From Sphagnum compactum (lineage: Eukaryota): DNA of 64,000 nucleotides. The stretch lies in contig OZ234493.1 in NCBI GenBank assembly GCA_965153455.1, positions 9,104,213 through 9,168,212 on the forward strand, written 5' to 3'. The notes below the pieces were generated by a model. The model made no database searches, had not been told where the DNA came from, and saw only the letters and a list, made by a program, of their open reading frames with translations. A program made the position numbers and the translations under genes. This document shows, one piece after another, positions 62,622 through 64,000 of the stretch (position 1 is its first letter; every line of letters begins with the position of its first letter).

Positions 62622-63397
62622 ATGTAAGTGTTGAAAAAAACTCAATGTTAAGTTAAATATTCCTTGGTCATTGTTGAAATTAAATATCTTGAACACAATG
62701 GAAAATTAAAAATATTATATCTTATAATGATTGCGATAGGATGGTAAAGTAAGACATGCACAATTCTACACATGGCAAAAAAAAGATGAAGAGATGAAGA
62801 GAAAGAAAGGTGAGGGAATATGGGAAGCACAAACAAATGATGAAAAAAAAAGAAAAAAGAAAGAGAGGGGGTGGGGGGAAGGGATGGAAGGGATAAAAAG
62901 GCCAAGCTCATGCACCACTTAAAGGGCCAAATGGGGAGCTTTAGTAGCAAACTCCCCCTTTGCCCATTGTTGAAGTACTTGGGCTTAAATCATTTTTAAG
63001 GATCCTAAAAACATTTTCAATATTAACCTTACTAACATCCATTTGTTAGTCAAACATAATTTTATCCAAATTTTCATCAATTGGCTTGAAATTATACAAA
63101 ACATAATTTTGACTTACATAATTCATATTTACAAATAAATCAAGTTCAATTTTTCAAACCTTCAACCATCACAATCAACTATTTTAGAATTGAATGTGTT
63201 TTAAATTGTTGATAAATAAAAGACGCCTGGAATTGACGTCATTTATCCTTTCATTAAGAATTGAATAACATAGGTTCAAAAAAATTTGACCATGTTTCAA
63301 ATTGCTTGTAAAATAATTGAATTATGATTTTTCCATTTGCAATGATAATTCACAAGTATTGTAATAACCAGCTTATCCAACGTTTGAGAGCGTAAAG

Positions 63398-63479
63398 CAT
63401 GTGACACATCAATGGCATCACAAACATTGAATAGGCCACATGTGACACATCAATGGCGCCACAAACATTGGGTAGGCCA
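63398..63479. repeat. 41-bp tandem duplication
   Basis: CATGTGACACATCAATGGC at 63398 and 63439. Confidence 0.92.
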
Positions 63480-63526
63480 TATGATTGATGATCCTATGTA
63501 AACACGAACCATGAGATATAAAAATG

Positions 63527-63665
63527 TATCACTAAACAATTTATCCTTAGAATTTAAGGCATCAACAACAATATCACTAAACAATTTATCCTTAGAATTT
63601 AAGGCATCAACAACAATATCACTAAACAATTTATCCTTAGAATTTAAGGCATCGACAACAATATC
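63527..63665. repeat. 45-bp tandem repeat x3
   Basis: TATCACTAAACAATTTATCCTTAGAATTTAAGGCATCAACAACAA at 63527, 63572 and 63617. Confidence 0.95.
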
Positions 63666-64000
63666 GACATATTTATGCATTGTAAAAGTTTCAACATTGA
63701 ATGTATCAACAATAATGTTTGCACTAGCCTAATGTGCAAATCAATATAACACTAACCCAATAGGTTTTCTAGGTTTAATGGTACTAGACAGAATAGCTTT
63801 AGATTTAACAAAAAGTTCCAATTTTTTTTTATCAAATACATAAATCATACAATACACAAATAAATACTTTCTATCTTTCATTTCAAAATTAGTGTGCTAA
63901 ACAACTTTTTTTTTTACCAAATCCTAGTGTGTAGATTGTCCAAGTTCTTTCCAACAAATTTTATGTGCCTTAATTTCTTGATAGGCAAAATGAAAAAAAT

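Noticed and set aside
63527-63665. Three regularly spaced 45-bp repeats (CRISPR-like at a glance) with repeat-containing ORFs on both strands
   Set aside because: The units are contiguous with no unique spacers, no cas genes are present and the context is eukaryotic. This is a plain tandem repeat, and the ORFs arise because 45 is divisible by 3.

Overview
Eukaryotic, AT-rich, repeat-dense land-plant DNA. The repeat families and gene style suggest a moss, probably Sphagnum (inference, not tested). There are two intact spliced genes. One is a 2-exon OXS3-family gene on the minus strand (CDS 7271-6460 + 4824-4419, 405 aa). The other is a 4-exon gene on the plus strand (56088-60109, 745 aa) with an N-terminal NT-C2 (EEIG1/EHBP1-type) domain and a plant C-terminal domain. 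The ~48 kb between them is mostly decayed DNA: a degenerate Ty3/Gypsy element with an extra ORF after pol, an intron-containing ureide permease pseudogene, a P-element-like transposase relic, a LINE 3' fragment, a scrambled receptor-kinase relic, two solo LTRs, and many nested non-autonomous elements (Tourist-like, hAT-like, CACTA-like, Helitron and 4-bp-TSD MITEs). The most interesting leads are a possible Gln/Cys/His/Asp papain-fold (herpes-tegument-DUB-like) catalytic site in the NT-C2 protein, the P-like transposase in a land plant, and several precisely resolvable nested insertions. All family calls come from motif recognition by eye; no searches were run.
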